64,000 nucleotides of DNA from an uncultured SAR86 cluster bacterium (GTDB lineage: Bacteria > Pseudomonadota > Gammaproteobacteria > Magnimaribacterales > D2472), in NCBI GenBank assembly GCA_902525635.1, contig CABZHV010000003.1, positions 9,538 to 73,537 of the forward strand, read 5' to 3'. Within the stretch, counting starts at the first letter, position 1. Each line of letters starts with the position of its first letter. Positions 1-11,012 of this stretch are shown here, piece after piece. Under the pieces are notes generated by a model. That model was not told the origin of the DNA and made no database searches. It saw only the letters and a program-made list of their open reading frames with translations. The position numbers and the translations under genes are program-made.

Positions 1-402
1 CTTATTGGTTGAATCTATACTTCCATGTTGGCTTATAACTTTATTTTCTTCTTCTGAAATACCTTCAGGAACAGATTCATCAGGAATGTTTGGTATATCT
101 AATAAAAGGTTGTTAAGACTAAAGATAACTTCCTGAAGACTCATATCTTTTTGTTCTAAATCAGTATTAATTAAATCAATAGTTTCTTTTAATTTTGATG
201 TATCTTTATCAGTAGCCTTAAGTTTACCAAATTCACTTGAGAGTTTTTTTCTTTCAGCTTGAAGTGTTTCAACTTCAATTTGAAGAATTTTTCTTTTTTC
301 ATCAATTGATTTAAAAGATTCCTCGTTTAAATCATATCCACGTTTCTGTAATGAAGCTTGAACATTGGAAAAATTTTCTCGAAGTTTTTTTATATCTATC
401 AT
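1..402 (-). CDS. serS: seryl-tRNA synthetase, N-terminal fragment; the gene runs off the window start
   Basis: My minus-strand translation from the ATG at 402-400 reads MIDIKKLRENFSNVQASLQKRGYDLNEESFKSID..., which fits the SerS N-terminal coiled-coil arm. ftsK-lolA-serS synteny matches E. coli. Absent from the ORF track because it is truncated. Confidence 0.8.
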   Translation of the reverse strand, partial: MIDIKKLRENFSNVQASLQKRGYDLNEESFKSIDEKRKILQIEVETLQAERKKLSSEFGKLKATDKDTSKLKETIDLINTDLEQKDMSLQEVIFSLNNLLLDIPNIPDESVPEGISEEENKVISQHGSIDSTNK

Positions 403-764
403 TATTTAGTGATTAATGTTCCTAAGTAAGTTGCAACTATTGTTGCAAGTACTGTAAGCATTATATATGAAACTCCATAGATTAAATTTGTATTAGCTAT
501 CAAAATTGTTTGATGTGTAACAGCTGACATTGTAGTAAAAGAACCTAAAAATCCGATAATAAAAAAGTAATATGAGGCATCTTTTGATGGCATTGATGAA
601 CCAAGGACAAGGCCTATAAAAAAACATCCAAGTATATTAATAAAAAGTATTGATATCGTTGCTGAAGAGATTAAATATCTCTCAAATAATTCATTAATTC
701 CATATCTCAATATAGCTCCAATAGCACCCCCAATGCCTACAAAAATAAAATTAGTTAACATCAC
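402..764 (-). CDS. crcB: fluoride ion channel CrcB/FluC
   Basis: 120 aa with four hydrophobic segments. GIGGAIGAILRY and GFLGSFTTMS match the CrcB signature regions. Confidence 0.85.
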   Translation of the reverse strand: MMLTNFIFVGIGGAIGAILRYGINELFERYLISSATISILFINILGCFFIGLVLGSSMPSKDASYYFFIIGFLGSFTTMSAVTHQTILIANTNLIYGVSYIMLTVLATIVATYLGTLITK

Positions 765-1251
765 TTTTAGAAAAATTAATTAAAGTATCAATATTCATAT
801 TATCTTTATACTTAATCTGAAGTATATTTTTATCTAAAAACTCAAAATAATAAATTTTTTTACCTTCAAAAATCTTAAAACTTCTTTTATTAATGATTTC
901 AATATTTGAAGGATTTTTTGGGAATCCATTATTAATAAAATTTATAAGATTATTTGAGATATCATTCTTTTTAATAAATTTCTTTTGATTGAATTCTAGG
1001 TCATGAATTTGAATACCTGTTTTATCAATAATATATGTTTCTTTAAATGGTTTGTTTATTTCGATCTTAATAGAATTGTCAGAGTTTCTATAAAAGTTTC
1101 CATATGACTTATCAAAAACGTTATTGATATTATTAAAACTTGTTTGAACAAAGCTGAGGTTATAACTAAAAAAATTATTTAAGGTTTCTGATGAATATGC
1201 AGAAAGTGTTAAGTTAAATATTAGTAGTAGACATATTTGAATATGTTTCAT
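751..1251 (-). CDS. lolA: outer-membrane lipoprotein carrier LolA-like (short)
   Basis: Signal peptide. Sits immediately downstream of ftsK, as in enterics. Has a LolA-like pattern (FVQTSF...KPFKETYIIDKTGIQIHDLEFNQ). 166 aa is shorter than E. coli LolA. Confidence 0.6.
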   Translation of the reverse strand: MKHIQICLLLIFNLTLSAYSSETLNNFFSYNLSFVQTSFNNINNVFDKSYGNFYRNSDNSIKIEINKPFKETYIIDKTGIQIHDLEFNQKKFIKKNDISNNLINFINNGFPKNPSNIEIINKRSFKIFEGKKIYYFEFLDKNILQIKYKDNMNIDTLINFSKSDVN

Positions 1252-3552
1252 TTAATTGCTTTTTGGAACTAAAACTTCTCTTGATCCATTAGAACTCATT
1301 TCTGATACAAGACCAGCTTCTTCCATGGTTTCAATCAAACGAGCTGCTCTGTTATAACCAATTCTCAATTTTCTTTGAACAGCAGAAATTGATGCTCTTC
1401 TTGATTCAATTACAAAATTTACCGCTTCATCATATAATTCATCCTGTTCATCCGATGAGCCAGAATCTATTCCTGTCCATCCTGGTATGGGTCCAGTATC
1501 TTGTGAAGATGAAGTTATCTCATCCACATAATTTGTTTCTGCTCTGGATTTCCAATCATTTACTACTCTGTGAACTTCGTCATCTCCAACAAATGCTCCA
1601 TGAACTCTTACAGGAACGCCAACTCCAGGTGGTAAATACAACATATCACCATAACCAAGAAGTTGTTCTGCACCTCCCTGGTCAAGAATTGTTCTTGAAT
1701 CAATTTTTGTTGATACCTGAAAAGCAATTCTTGTTGGGATATTTGCCTTAATTAATCCTGTAATAACGTCAACAGATGGTCTTTGAGTGGCTAAAATAAG
1801 GTGAATTCCTGCAGCTCGTGCCTTTTGAGCTATTCTTGCAATAAGATGTTCTACTTTTTTTCCAACCAACATCATCATATCTGCAAACTCATCAACCACT
1901 ACCACTATCGATGGAAGAACTTCTAAATATTCTTCTTCATCTTCATTTAAAGGATTTAGTATCTGCTTGCCATTTTTTTCAGCTTCTTGAATTTTCTTAT
2001 TAAAACCAGCTAAATTTCTAACGCCCATCATAGACATCAATTTATACCGTCTATCCATCTCAGCTACGCACCACCTTAATCCATTTGAAGCATCTGTCAT
2101 ATCTGTAATGACAGGTGTCAAAAGATGAGGTATCCCATCATATACTGCGAGTTCAAGCATTTTTGGATCAACAAGTATTAACCTTACTTCTTCAGGATCA
2201 GATTTGAAAAGTAAACTTAATAACATCGCATTCAAACCGACTGACTTACCCGAACCTGTTGTTCCAGCAACTAGTAAATGAGGCATTTTTGCCAAATCCA
2301 CTACAATTGGATTTCCAGAAATATCCTGGCCAAGAGCAACACTTAAATTAGAGGGAGATGATTTGAATGCTTTTGAAGAGAGTATTTCAGTGAGCCTAAC
2401 CATCTTCCTGTTATTGTTTGGAATCTCAATACCAACAAATGACTTGCCTTCAATTACCTCAACCACTCTGACACTACTCACAGACAAAGACCTTGCAATA
2501 TCTTGTGCAATGTTTGTGATCTTGCTGGCTTTTGTTCCAGGTGCTGGCTGTATTTCAAAACGAGTAACTACTGGACCAGGAAGAACTGATTCAACAGTGG
2601 CCTCAATTCCAAATTCTTCTAATTTTGATTCTAATAATTCAGCAATTTGATTTAGTTCATTTTCAGAAAGCGAGCTACCATCATCTAAGGCTCTATCAAG
2701 CAGTTCTGTGCTTGGCATTACAGCTTTTTCTTTTTTTTGTTCTTCTTCGATACTTTCTATATTCTCTTTTTGAACTTCCTTTAACGGTGACTCAGCTTTT
2801 ATTGGGAGATCAACTTGTTTAAGATCCTTGGTATATTCTTCTATTTGCCTTTCTTTAATCTGAGGTTCTTTATTAATTACTGGTTTGACTGATTTGACTT
2901 TATTTTTATTCGCACTTTTCATAGTATCAACAATCTTTTTCATATTGCTAAACAATTTTATGAAAAGATTTTGTATAATTTTTAATAGATTGGATATTAA
3001 ATCAAGAAGTATCTTTCCAAAAAAAATTACAATATTTCCTATTCGATCAATCGCCTTTAACCACGAAAAATTAAAAGCTAATGAAGTTGAAGGTATTAAC
3101 AATATTATGAGAAAAATTAGTGCTCCAATATCTCCAATTATTGAGGACAGGGCTAAAATAACCTCTTCCCCAATAGCACCACCAAAATTACTTAAAAAAT
3201 AAAAATATCCAATCGAACAAAAACATGTAAGTAAGATTAATGAACTTACTAACCTTACAAAAGTTTTGTATATCGATGAGTAAGGATCGTCGTAAAATAA
3301 TATTTGTATTGCCCAAACTGAACCAATAATTAGAACTAAGTATCCTCCAAGTCCAAAAATGGTATTTAAAAAATCTGAAATTTTTGCACCAAGTGGTCCA
3401 CCTAAATTATTAATCTCAACAGATGAATTTTTATTAAAGAAACCTGAATCTGAGACATCGTAAGAAACAAGTGAGATAAAAATATACAAAGAAAATGCTA
3501 TTAGAAAAAAACTTAGGAAATTTAAAAGAGTATTTTTTATATATGGTGGCAT
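1252..3552 (-). CDS. ftsK: DNA translocase FtsK
   Basis: N-terminal TM segments, Walker A GTTGSGKS, and a C-terminal gamma (KOPS-binding) domain [30 protein letters not shown]. Confidence 0.95.
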   Translation of the reverse strand: MPPYIKNTLLNFLSFFLIAFSLYIFISLVSYDVSDSGFFNKNSSVEINNLGGPLGAKISDFLNTIFGLGGYLVLIIGSVWAIQILFYDDPYSSIYKTFVRLVSSLILLTCFCSIGYFYFLSNFGGAIGEEVILALSSIIGDIGALIFLIILLIPSTSLAFNFSWLKAIDRIGNIVIFFGKILLDLISNLLKIIQNLFIKLFSNMKKIVDTMKSANKNKVKSVKPVINKEPQIKERQIEEYTKDLKQVDLPIKAESPLKEVQKENIESIEEEQKKEKAVMPSTELLDRALDDGSSLSENELNQIAELLESKLEEFGIEATVESVLPGPVVTRFEIQPAPGTKASKITNIAQDIARSLSVSSVRVVEVIEGKSFVGIEIPNNNRKMVRLTEILSSKAFKSSPSNLSVALGQDISGNPIVVDLAKMPHLLVAGTTGSGKSVGLNAMLLSLLFKSDPEEVRLILVDPKMLELAVYDGIPHLLTPVITDMTDASNGLRWCVAEMDRRYKLMSMMGVRNLAGFNKKIQEAEKNGKQILNPLNEDEEEYLEVLPSIVVVVDEFADMMMLVGKKVEHLIARIAQKARAAGIHLILATQRPSVDVITGLIKANIPTRIAFQVSTKIDSRTILDQGGAEQLLGYGDMLYLPPGVGVPVRVHGAFVGDDEVHRVVNDWKSRAETNYVDEITSSSQDTGPIPGWTGIDSGSSDEQDELYDEAVNFVIESRRASISAVQRKLRIGYNRAARLIETMEEAGLVSEMSSNGSREVLVPKSN

Positions 3553-3590
3553 TTAACTATATCTAATTTTTACTCTAATTATAGGCATAA

Positions 3591-4568
<978 letters not shown>

Positions 4569-4570
4569 AA

Positions 4571-5554
4571 ATGAGATTTAAAGGCTATCTTGTCACAGAA
4601 AAAAACGAAATATTTAGTGGTTCATTAGAAGAAATTGATACACCATCAATAGAACCAGATAGGGTTTTGATTAAAGTACACTATTCTTCACTAAACTATA
4701 AAGATGCTCTTGCAGCATCAGGTGCCAAAGGAGTAGTAAAGTCTTATCCATTCGTTCCTGGGATTGATGTTGCAGGTCAAATAATAGAATCCATGTCTCC
4801 AGATTTTTCTATTGGTGATAATGTTCTTGCAACAGGCTACAAAATTGGCATGTCAGAATTTGGTGGTTTTGGTGAAATTGTTCACCTACCTACAGAATGG
4901 GTTATAAAAATGCCAGCAAAGCTTGATTTTGTAAAAGCAATGTCATACGGAACAGCCGGAATTACAGCTGCAGCATGTATAAAAAAAATTATCGATGCAG
5001 ATTGTTCTAAAGAGTTACCAGTAATTGTATCTGGCTCAACTGGAGGTGTTGGATCAGTAGCCTTAGGAATACTAGCAAAATTAGGCTATCAAGTTCATGC
5101 AATTTCAGGCAAATCCTCAAAAAAGAAAGTATTAAAGATGATGGGTGCTAGCAAAGTAATAGATAGAGATATGTTTATGTCTGAACCTATAAAGCCAATG
5201 GATAAAGGTTTATATTCTGCAGCAGTTGATACTGTTGGTGGTGATATATTATCTAAAATTATTACAATGATTTCTAATCACGGTGTAGTTTCTTGCTGCG
5301 GAAATGTTGCTGGTCCAAAATTTTCATCATCAGTATTTCCATTTATTTTGAGAGGTATTCAATTATCTGGAATTGATTCTGCTGAATCATCAATACATTT
5401 TAAGAGAGAATTATGGGATTTACTCTCTGACGAATGGTCGCTAAATTTATTAAATCAAACCAAAATAATTGGAATATCAAAAATCGATAAAGAAATTGAT
5501 AAAATTCTTAAAGGAAATCAAATTGGAAGAGTTGTAATAAAACATGGAGAATAA
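4571..5554 (+). CDS. MDR-family NADPH:quinone/acrylyl-CoA reductase (YhdH/AcuI-like)
   Basis: 327 aa. The pattern SSLNYKDALA...PGIDVAG...GSTGGVGS is typical of the zinc-independent YhdH/AcuI subgroup. Confidence 0.7.
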   Translation: MRFKGYLVTEKNEIFSGSLEEIDTPSIEPDRVLIKVHYSSLNYKDALAASGAKGVVKSYPFVPGIDVAGQIIESMSPDFSIGDNVLATGYKIGMSEFGGFGEIVHLPTEWVIKMPAKLDFVKAMSYGTAGITAAACIKKIIDADCSKELPVIVSGSTGGVGSVALGILAKLGYQVHAISGKSSKKKVLKMMGASKVIDRDMFMSEPIKPMDKGLYSAAVDTVGGDILSKIITMISNHGVVSCCGNVAGPKFSSSVFPFILRGIQLSGIDSAESSIHFKRELWDLLSDEWSLNLLNQTKIIGISKIDKEIDKILKGNQIGRVVIKHGE

Positions 5555-5556
5555 TT

Positions 5557-5688
5557 ATGAATGATGATTACAAAGATAGCTACGAATCAGATGAAGCAAA
5601 CCTAGACAGTAAAAGTGATGCAAAGGTTATTTTATTTTTAATTATTGTTGCTGTAATTGCTATGACTTATTGGGTGGCAGTTCAATAA
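5557..5688 (+). CDS. possible 43-aa tail-anchored small membrane protein
   Basis: My reading gives MNDDYKDSYESDEANLDSKSDAKVILFLIIVAVIAMTYWVAVQ: an acidic N-terminus plus one TM. It starts 3 nt after the upstream stop. Below the ORF-track size cutoff, with no homology evidence. Confidence 0.25.
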   Translation: MNDDYKDSYESDEANLDSKSDAKVILFLIIVAVIAMTYWVAVQ

Positions 5689-5689
5689 T

Positions 5690-6460
5690 CTATCTTGGTT
5701 TCATTCTCATCCCAGAATCTAATCGAATTGTCTCACCATTAAGATAACTATTTTCGACGATGTGAACTGCTAAATCTGCAAATTCATTTGGCACGCCAAA
5801 TCTATGAGGAAATTGTGTAGATTCTAGAAGAGGTTCTCTGATCTTATCAGGTGCAAGCTGCATCAGTGGTGTATCAAAAATTCCTGGAGCAATCGTACAA
5901 ACTCTGATAGCGTGTCTAGCTAGATCTCTAGCAGCTGTTATTGTCAAACCTATAACTCCTGCTTTAGATGCGCTGTATGCAGATTGTCCAATTTGACCCT
6001 CTATTCCTGCAATTGAAGCTGTATTAATAATAACTCCCTTCTCTCCTTTTTCATCTGGTTCATTTTTATCCATTAATTGAGCTGCAAGTCTCATTACATT
6101 GAAAGTGCCAACAAGATTCAAATTAATAATAAATTGAAATGCATCAAGTGGATGAGGTTCATCTTTCCCTAATATTCTTCCAGGATAGCCTGTACCAGCA
6201 CAGTTCACAGCTATATGAAGCGAACCAAATCTATCTTTGATCTTATCAACAGCATTGATGACTGGGTCTTCTTTCATAATGTCTGTCGATACAAACATTA
6301 CATTATCACTGCCTAAATTTTGAATGAGTTCTTTAGCCTTGTCTTCATTAATGTCTAAAATAACTACTTTGGCCCCATTTTTGACATAGGCTTCTACTGT
6401 TGCTCGTCCTAGACCAGAAGCTCCTCCAGTAACTAATGCAATTTTATTGTTAAGGTCCAT
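5690..6460 (-). CDS. short-chain dehydrogenase, 3-hydroxyacyl-CoA dehydrogenase type-2-like
   Basis: TGGASGLG Rossmann motif and YSASK catalytic motif. 256 aa. Confidence 0.8.
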   Translation of the reverse strand: MDLNNKIALVTGGASGLGRATVEAYVKNGAKVVILDINEDKAKELIQNLGSDNVMFVSTDIMKEDPVINAVDKIKDRFGSLHIAVNCAGTGYPGRILGKDEPHPLDAFQFIINLNLVGTFNVMRLAAQLMDKNEPDEKGEKGVIINTASIAGIEGQIGQSAYSASKAGVIGLTITAARDLARHAIRVCTIAPGIFDTPLMQLAPDKIREPLLESTQFPHRFGVPNEFADLAVHIVENSYLNGETIRLDSGMRMKPR

Positions 6461-6526
6461 ATGGTCTCCATGAATGTTATTAAAAATTATAACTTTTTTT
6501 TATTAAAAAATAATATATACATTTTT

Positions 6527-6543
6527 TGGCACACTAATTGCAT
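6527..6543 (+). promoter_or_regulatory. sigma54 (RpoN) -24/-12 promoter
   Basis: TGGCAC-actaa-TTGCAT matches the TGGCAC-N5-TTGCA consensus exactly. It lies about 35 nt upstream of the AAGGAG RBS and ATG of the porin-glnK-amtB operon. Confidence 0.7.
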
Positions 6544-6577
6544 ACTAAGTATTGAGTATACTTTTAAGGAGATATAA

Positions 6578-7183
6578 ATGAAAAAAATATTACTTTTATT
6601 AACTATGGTCTCTTTACCTGCATTTGCATCAGTAAGCGCAAATGTGAGTATTGCATCTGACTATATATGGAGAGGAATGACCCAAACAGATGGGATTACC
6701 GTCAATGGTGGATTTGATTATGCCGCTGACAGTGGATTCTATGCAGGTATTTGGGGTTCTAATGTTAACTTTAATGATAGTACAGGCAGCGGTAACGGTG
6801 CTGAATTTGACTATTATTTTGGATACGGTTTTGAAATGGGTGGAATTGGCGTTGACTTAGGTTACGTGTTCTTTGACTATCCTGGAAATGAAGATGATCT
6901 TGATTTTGAAGAAATTGTACTTGGCTTAAGCATGGGTGACCTAGGCTTAACATACGCATCTGGTGTAGATGGAGCATCTGATTATTTAGAAGTTTCATAT
7001 GCTGTTGGTGCTGTTGGTTTTTCATATGGTCAATATGATGATTATGGAGATAACTTCTCTATTTCATATGGATTCGCATGTGGGACATATGATTGCGGAA
7101 TTGGTTACTATGACTTTTCTGATGATGGTTATAGTGGTATGGATGAAGACGCTTTAGTTTTCTCAGTTTCTGCAAGCTTGTAG
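6578..7183 (+). CDS. small outer-membrane beta-barrel protein (TIGR02001/Gcw_chp-like)
   Basis: Signal peptide. [13 protein letters not shown]-terminal motif and Gly/Tyr/Asp-rich beta-strand repeats. Located 11 nt upstream of glnK. Confidence 0.65.
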   Translation: MKKILLLLTMVSLPAFASVSANVSIASDYIWRGMTQTDGITVNGGFDYAADSGFYAGIWGSNVNFNDSTGSGNGAEFDYYFGYGFEMGGIGVDLGYVFFDYPGNEDDLDFEEIVLGLSMGDLGLTYASGVDGASDYLEVSYAVGAVGFSYGQYDDYGDNFSISYGFACGTYDCGIGYYDFSDDGYSGMDEDALVFSVSASL

Positions 7184-7194
7184 CTGAAAGTTAT

Positions 7195-7533
7195 ATGAAA
7201 TTAGTCAGTGCCATTATCAAACCTTTTAAACTTCAAGAAGTTAGAGAGTCTTTGGTTGGTGCTGGCATTGAAGGCCTTACAATCACGGAAGTGAAAGGTT
7301 ACGGAAGACAAAAAGGACATACGGAGATGTATAGAGGCGCAGAATATTCTGTAGATACCTTACCGAAAATGAGATTAGATATTCTAGTTATTGATGACAA
7401 TCTTGAAACTGTAAAGGATGTGATTCTAAAGTCAGCTGCTACAGGAAAAATTGGTGACGGTAAGATATTTGTAACTACCATCGATGATGTTATTAGGATT
7501 AGAACTGGAGAAACTGGTTCTGACGCTATTTAA
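7195..7533 (+). CDS. glnK: nitrogen regulatory protein P-II
   Basis: 112 aa. T-loop [17 protein letters not shown]. Immediately upstream of amtB. Confidence 0.95.
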   Translation: MKLVSAIIKPFKLQEVRESLVGAGIEGLTITEVKGYGRQKGHTEMYRGAEYSVDTLPKMRLDILVIDDNLETVKDVILKSAATGKIGDGKIFVTTIDDVIRIRTGETGSDAI

Positions 7534-7554
7534 ATATTTAAAGGAGAGAAAAAA

Positions 7555-8814
7555 ATGGAAGAAATTAAATTTGCATTAGATACATTCTATGCAGTAATGG
7601 CTGGTGCCCTCGTTATGTGGATGGCAGCAGGATTTACAATGCTTGAAGCAGGAATGGTTCAAAAGAAAGATGTATCTGAAATTGTTACTAAAAACCTAGG
7701 ACTATATTCAATTGCATGTATTATGTATTTGGTCTGTGGTTTTGCACTTATGTATGCTGGAGATGACCGCCTTGGATTATTCCCTCAATTCGGAAGTTCA
7801 TTGGGATTATCAATGGCCACAGAAGCCGATCCTATGATGTATGGTTCTGACGGTTCAGTAGAAGGTGGTGATTTTGTTGGGTACTATTCTCATCAAGCTG
7901 ACTTCTTTTTCCAAGTAGTTTTTGTTGCTACTGCAATGTCAATAGTATCAGGAGCTGTTGCTGGAAGAATGAAGATGTTACCTTTCTTTTTATTCGCAGT
8001 TGTTCTAACTGGTTTTATTTATCCAACTCAAGGATATTGGAACTGGGGCGGTGGTTTTGAAGGACTAGGAATTGCATACTCAGACTATGCTGGCTCTGGT
8101 ACAGTTCATCTATGTGGTGCTGCTGCAGCGATGGCGGTTGTGACTGTGCTAGGACCTAGAAATGGTAAATATGCATATGACGGCACACCAAATCCAATGC
8201 CAGGGTCAAATATTCCAATGGCCGCATTAGGTGCATGGATTTTATGGTTAGGTTGGTTTGGATTTAACGGTGGCTCTGAGCTTAAAGTTTCTGAAGTAAG
8301 CAGTGCTACTGCAGTTAGCCAAGTATTTCTAAATACTAATATGGCTGCAGCTGGTGGAGTTTTAGCGGCAATGTTAATGAGTTTATTCATGACAGGTAAA
8401 ATGGATGTAACAATGGCGATTAATGGAGCTATTGCAGGGTTGGTATCAATTACTGCTGATCCATTAAGTCCTGCTGGTGGTATGGCTGTTTTAGTTGGTG
8501 CTATAGGTGGAATTATAGTCTACTTCTCAATTGTGTTTCTTGAAAAAGCAGGTGTGGATGATCCTGTAGGTGCAATTTCTGCTCATGGAACAGTTGGTAT
8601 TTATGGTGTTCTTGTAGTTGCATTAACTGGTGGTGCGTCATTTATGGGGCAACTTACTGGTGTAGTTATGATTGCTGGATTTACATATTTAGCAAGCCTA
8701 GCAACTATTTATGTTATTAATTTGGCAATGCCAATTAGAGCATCTGATGCTGAACAAGAAGCTGGTCTCGATGTCTCTGAGGTAGGTATAGAAGCTTATC
8801 CAGAGTTTAAATAA
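7555..8814 (+). CDS. amtB: ammonium transporter
   Basis: 419 aa polytopic protein. DYAGSGTVHLCGAAAA and GAISAHGTVGIYG are Amt signature regions. Confidence 0.95.
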   Translation: MEEIKFALDTFYAVMAGALVMWMAAGFTMLEAGMVQKKDVSEIVTKNLGLYSIACIMYLVCGFALMYAGDDRLGLFPQFGSSLGLSMATEADPMMYGSDGSVEGGDFVGYYSHQADFFFQVVFVATAMSIVSGAVAGRMKMLPFFLFAVVLTGFIYPTQGYWNWGGGFEGLGIAYSDYAGSGTVHLCGAAAAMAVVTVLGPRNGKYAYDGTPNPMPGSNIPMAALGAWILWLGWFGFNGGSELKVSEVSSATAVSQVFLNTNMAAAGGVLAAMLMSLFMTGKMDVTMAINGAIAGLVSITADPLSPAGGMAVLVGAIGGIIVYFSIVFLEKAGVDDPVGAISAHGTVGIYGVLVVALTGGASFMGQLTGVVMIAGFTYLASLATIYVINLAMPIRASDAEQEAGLDVSEVGIEAYPEFK

Positions 8815-8873
8815 TTTAATAATGATGACTGTCATAGTGCTCCCCCAATAACTAAGTCAGAATATTAAATTTT

Positions 8874-8911
8874 AGAGAAGAGTTACGAAAGTAGCTCTTC
8901 TCTTTTTTTTT
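8874..8911 (+). terminator. intrinsic terminator after amtB
   Basis: AGAGAAGAGTTAC-GAAA-GTAGCTCTTCTCT hairpin with a GNRA loop, followed by a run of T. Confidence 0.8.
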
Positions 8912-10022
8912 ATTTAGCTATTGTTGGATTGCTGTATTGATTAAGTAAGTATGGTTCCATCTCTTCAGGTATCTGCTTCAGTCTACCACTTAGATATTCA
9001 ATAGATTCATTTATTTTAGATGGTTCGAAATTATTTTTGTTCAATTTTCCTTGCATTATTGCAGCTGCATAATTGGTTGTTTGTAATTTATAGGAATCTT
9101 TTATCGCTTTAGTAATCTGATTGGAACAATATTCATATGAGTCTTCGTTAAAAATAATTTTTTTCCCAATAGTTAGATTAACATCACCTTTTTGACCAAC
9201 TATTCCTTCAAAAATACTGTTTAAATCCTCTTTCCTATCTTTCTCATAAGATTGACCAAGATCAGTATGAAACAATTCTTGTGCTTTAAGAATATCATTA
9301 GGATCTTTCTCATAAGATATTGCGACTGGAACAACATTTAAATTATTTAAGTACTCATCAATAGTGATTTTTTTTCTGCCATTTAAATGAATCATCTTTA
9401 TGACTGAAGGATCTGTGAAGTCATTACCATCTTTTGATCTTCCTTGTTTTTGAGCAATCCAAATGGATTCATTTTTATTTTTAATTGCATTAAAAATAAA
9501 TTCTGAAGCGAGATTTAAACTTTTATATATGTCTCTCTTTGATTTGTCACTTCTATCAATAATAAAACTTTTATTTAATCTCATTAGATCAGACGCCCAT
9601 TTCTCGCTCAATAAATTATTGCCGACGGCGTTATAGGTGGTTTTAAATTTATTTTGATGAAGAACTAAGTTTAACAATGCCGAATCAAGAGTGATGTCTC
9701 TATGATTAGAGATGAATAAATATCCTTTATCTTTATCTAAGTTTTCAATTCCTGAAACAGTAAACATGTTAATTGAATTTTTAACAACTTTTGAAACAAT
9801 AGACTCAAATTCATTTTGGTAATCAGCTACATTTTTGATTTTTTTAATTCTATTTTTTAAAAAAATACTTAAAATTTTTCTAGAAAATGGAAGGAATCTC
9901 AACCGATTAAATCCTCCACTAGATAATAGCATTTTTAAAAATCTTCTATTATCAGATAGCTCTGTTAGCACTTGACTGACTTCACTATCGAAATACGGTC
10001 GTATAGAATCGAACTTTTTCAC
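8910..10022 (-). CDS. phospholipid/glycerol acyltransferase family protein
   Basis: H(X)4D acyltransferase motif NHRDITLD. 370 aa. Confidence 0.6.
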   Translation of the reverse strand: MKKFDSIRPYFDSEVSQVLTELSDNRRFLKMLLSSGGFNRLRFLPFSRKILSIFLKNRIKKIKNVADYQNEFESIVSKVVKNSINMFTVSGIENLDKDKGYLFISNHRDITLDSALLNLVLHQNKFKTTYNAVGNNLLSEKWASDLMRLNKSFIIDRSDKSKRDIYKSLNLASEFIFNAIKNKNESIWIAQKQGRSKDGNDFTDPSVIKMIHLNGRKKITIDEYLNNLNVVPVAISYEKDPNDILKAQELFHTDLGQSYEKDRKEDLNSIFEGIVGQKGDVNLTIGKKIIFNEDSYEYCSNQITKAIKDSYKLQTTNYAAAIMQGKLNKNNFEPSKINESIEYLSGRLKQIPEEMEPYLLNQYSNPTIAK

Positions 10023-10087
10023 AGGAAAATTTTAACTTATTATTAAATGCATATATTCTACAATAATAATGTATACAATATCGATGA

Positions 10088-10834
10088 ATGAAAAGTTATC
10101 TTAAATATGACGGACTTGAAGTCTTAGCTCATAGAGGTGGAGCTGAAGAATCACTTGAAAATACTATAGAGTCATTCGAGTATTCTATATCTTTAGGTTG
10201 TAAATATATTGAAACAGATGTTCAAGTATCATCAGATGGAATACCCTATATTTTTCATGACGATGATCTTAAAAGAATTTGTGGTATTACAAAAAAATTT
10301 GATAGTCTCTCAAGCCAAGATATAGATAAAATAAGCATATTTGATGGTCATAAAATCCCTAAATTGAGTGACGTTCTTGAACTATTTCCTGATACAAAAT
10401 TTCAAATTGATTTCAAAACAGATGAAGTCGTTCAACCAGCACTTGATGTTATCAGCAGTTCAAAATCTTTTGAAAGAGTTTGTATTGCGAGTTTTAATAG
10501 TAAAAGGTTAGAAGGTGTTAGAAAAAATTATCCAGATTTGTGTATCTCAATGGGTCCAAAGGAAGTTTATAAAACACTAGCTGCAAGTTTTAATCTTTAT
10601 AAAAAACATATACCTGGTGACTGTCTTCAGATACCCATGAGCTATTATGGCATTAGAGTAGTTACTAAAAGGTTTGTTAATTTTTTAAAATCTAAAGGAT
10701 TAAAGGTTATGGTTTGGACAATTAATGATGTTAGAACATTTAATTTTCTAATTGACTTAAATGTTGATGGAATAATTACTGATAAGCCAAAACTCTTATT
10801 TGAAACTCTGAAAAAATCTAAAGATACTTTTTAA
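10088..10834 (+). CDS. glycerophosphodiester phosphodiesterase family protein
   Basis: LAHRGG...ENT...ETDVQ...HD motifs of the GDPD fold. Confidence 0.85.
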   Translation: MKSYLKYDGLEVLAHRGGAEESLENTIESFEYSISLGCKYIETDVQVSSDGIPYIFHDDDLKRICGITKKFDSLSSQDIDKISIFDGHKIPKLSDVLELFPDTKFQIDFKTDEVVQPALDVISSSKSFERVCIASFNSKRLEGVRKNYPDLCISMGPKEVYKTLAASFNLYKKHIPGDCLQIPMSYYGIRVVTKRFVNFLKSKGLKVMVWTINDVRTFNFLIDLNVDGIITDKPKLLFETLKKSKDTF

Positions 10835-11012
10835 ATAACCTTGTTATTACAGCATACATAGGAATAATTATTGCAGTTGTAATAAGTATTTCTGTTGTAA
10901 CTGAATAGTCAATAAGGCTTCTTATCAAAGGTGCTATGATTAAGGCAGTTATTGCTCCCAATACGCTATAGAAAATAATTGATTTCTTACTGAATAGCTT
11001 CATGATACTCAT
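10818..11012 (-). CDS. small 2-TM membrane protein (hypothetical)
   Basis: 64 aa with two hydrophobic helices. Same strand as the MFS gene and overlaps its 3' end. Confidence 0.35.
   Translation of the reverse strand: MSIMKLFSKKSIIFYSVLGAITALIIAPLIRSLIDYSVTTEILITTAIIIPMYAVITRLFKKYL

Noticed and set aside
1389-3202. Plus-strand ORFs 1389-1751, 2363-2650, 2625-2822 and 2885-3202
   Set aside because: These are antisense shadow ORFs inside the well-supported ftsK gene, with low-complexity translations.
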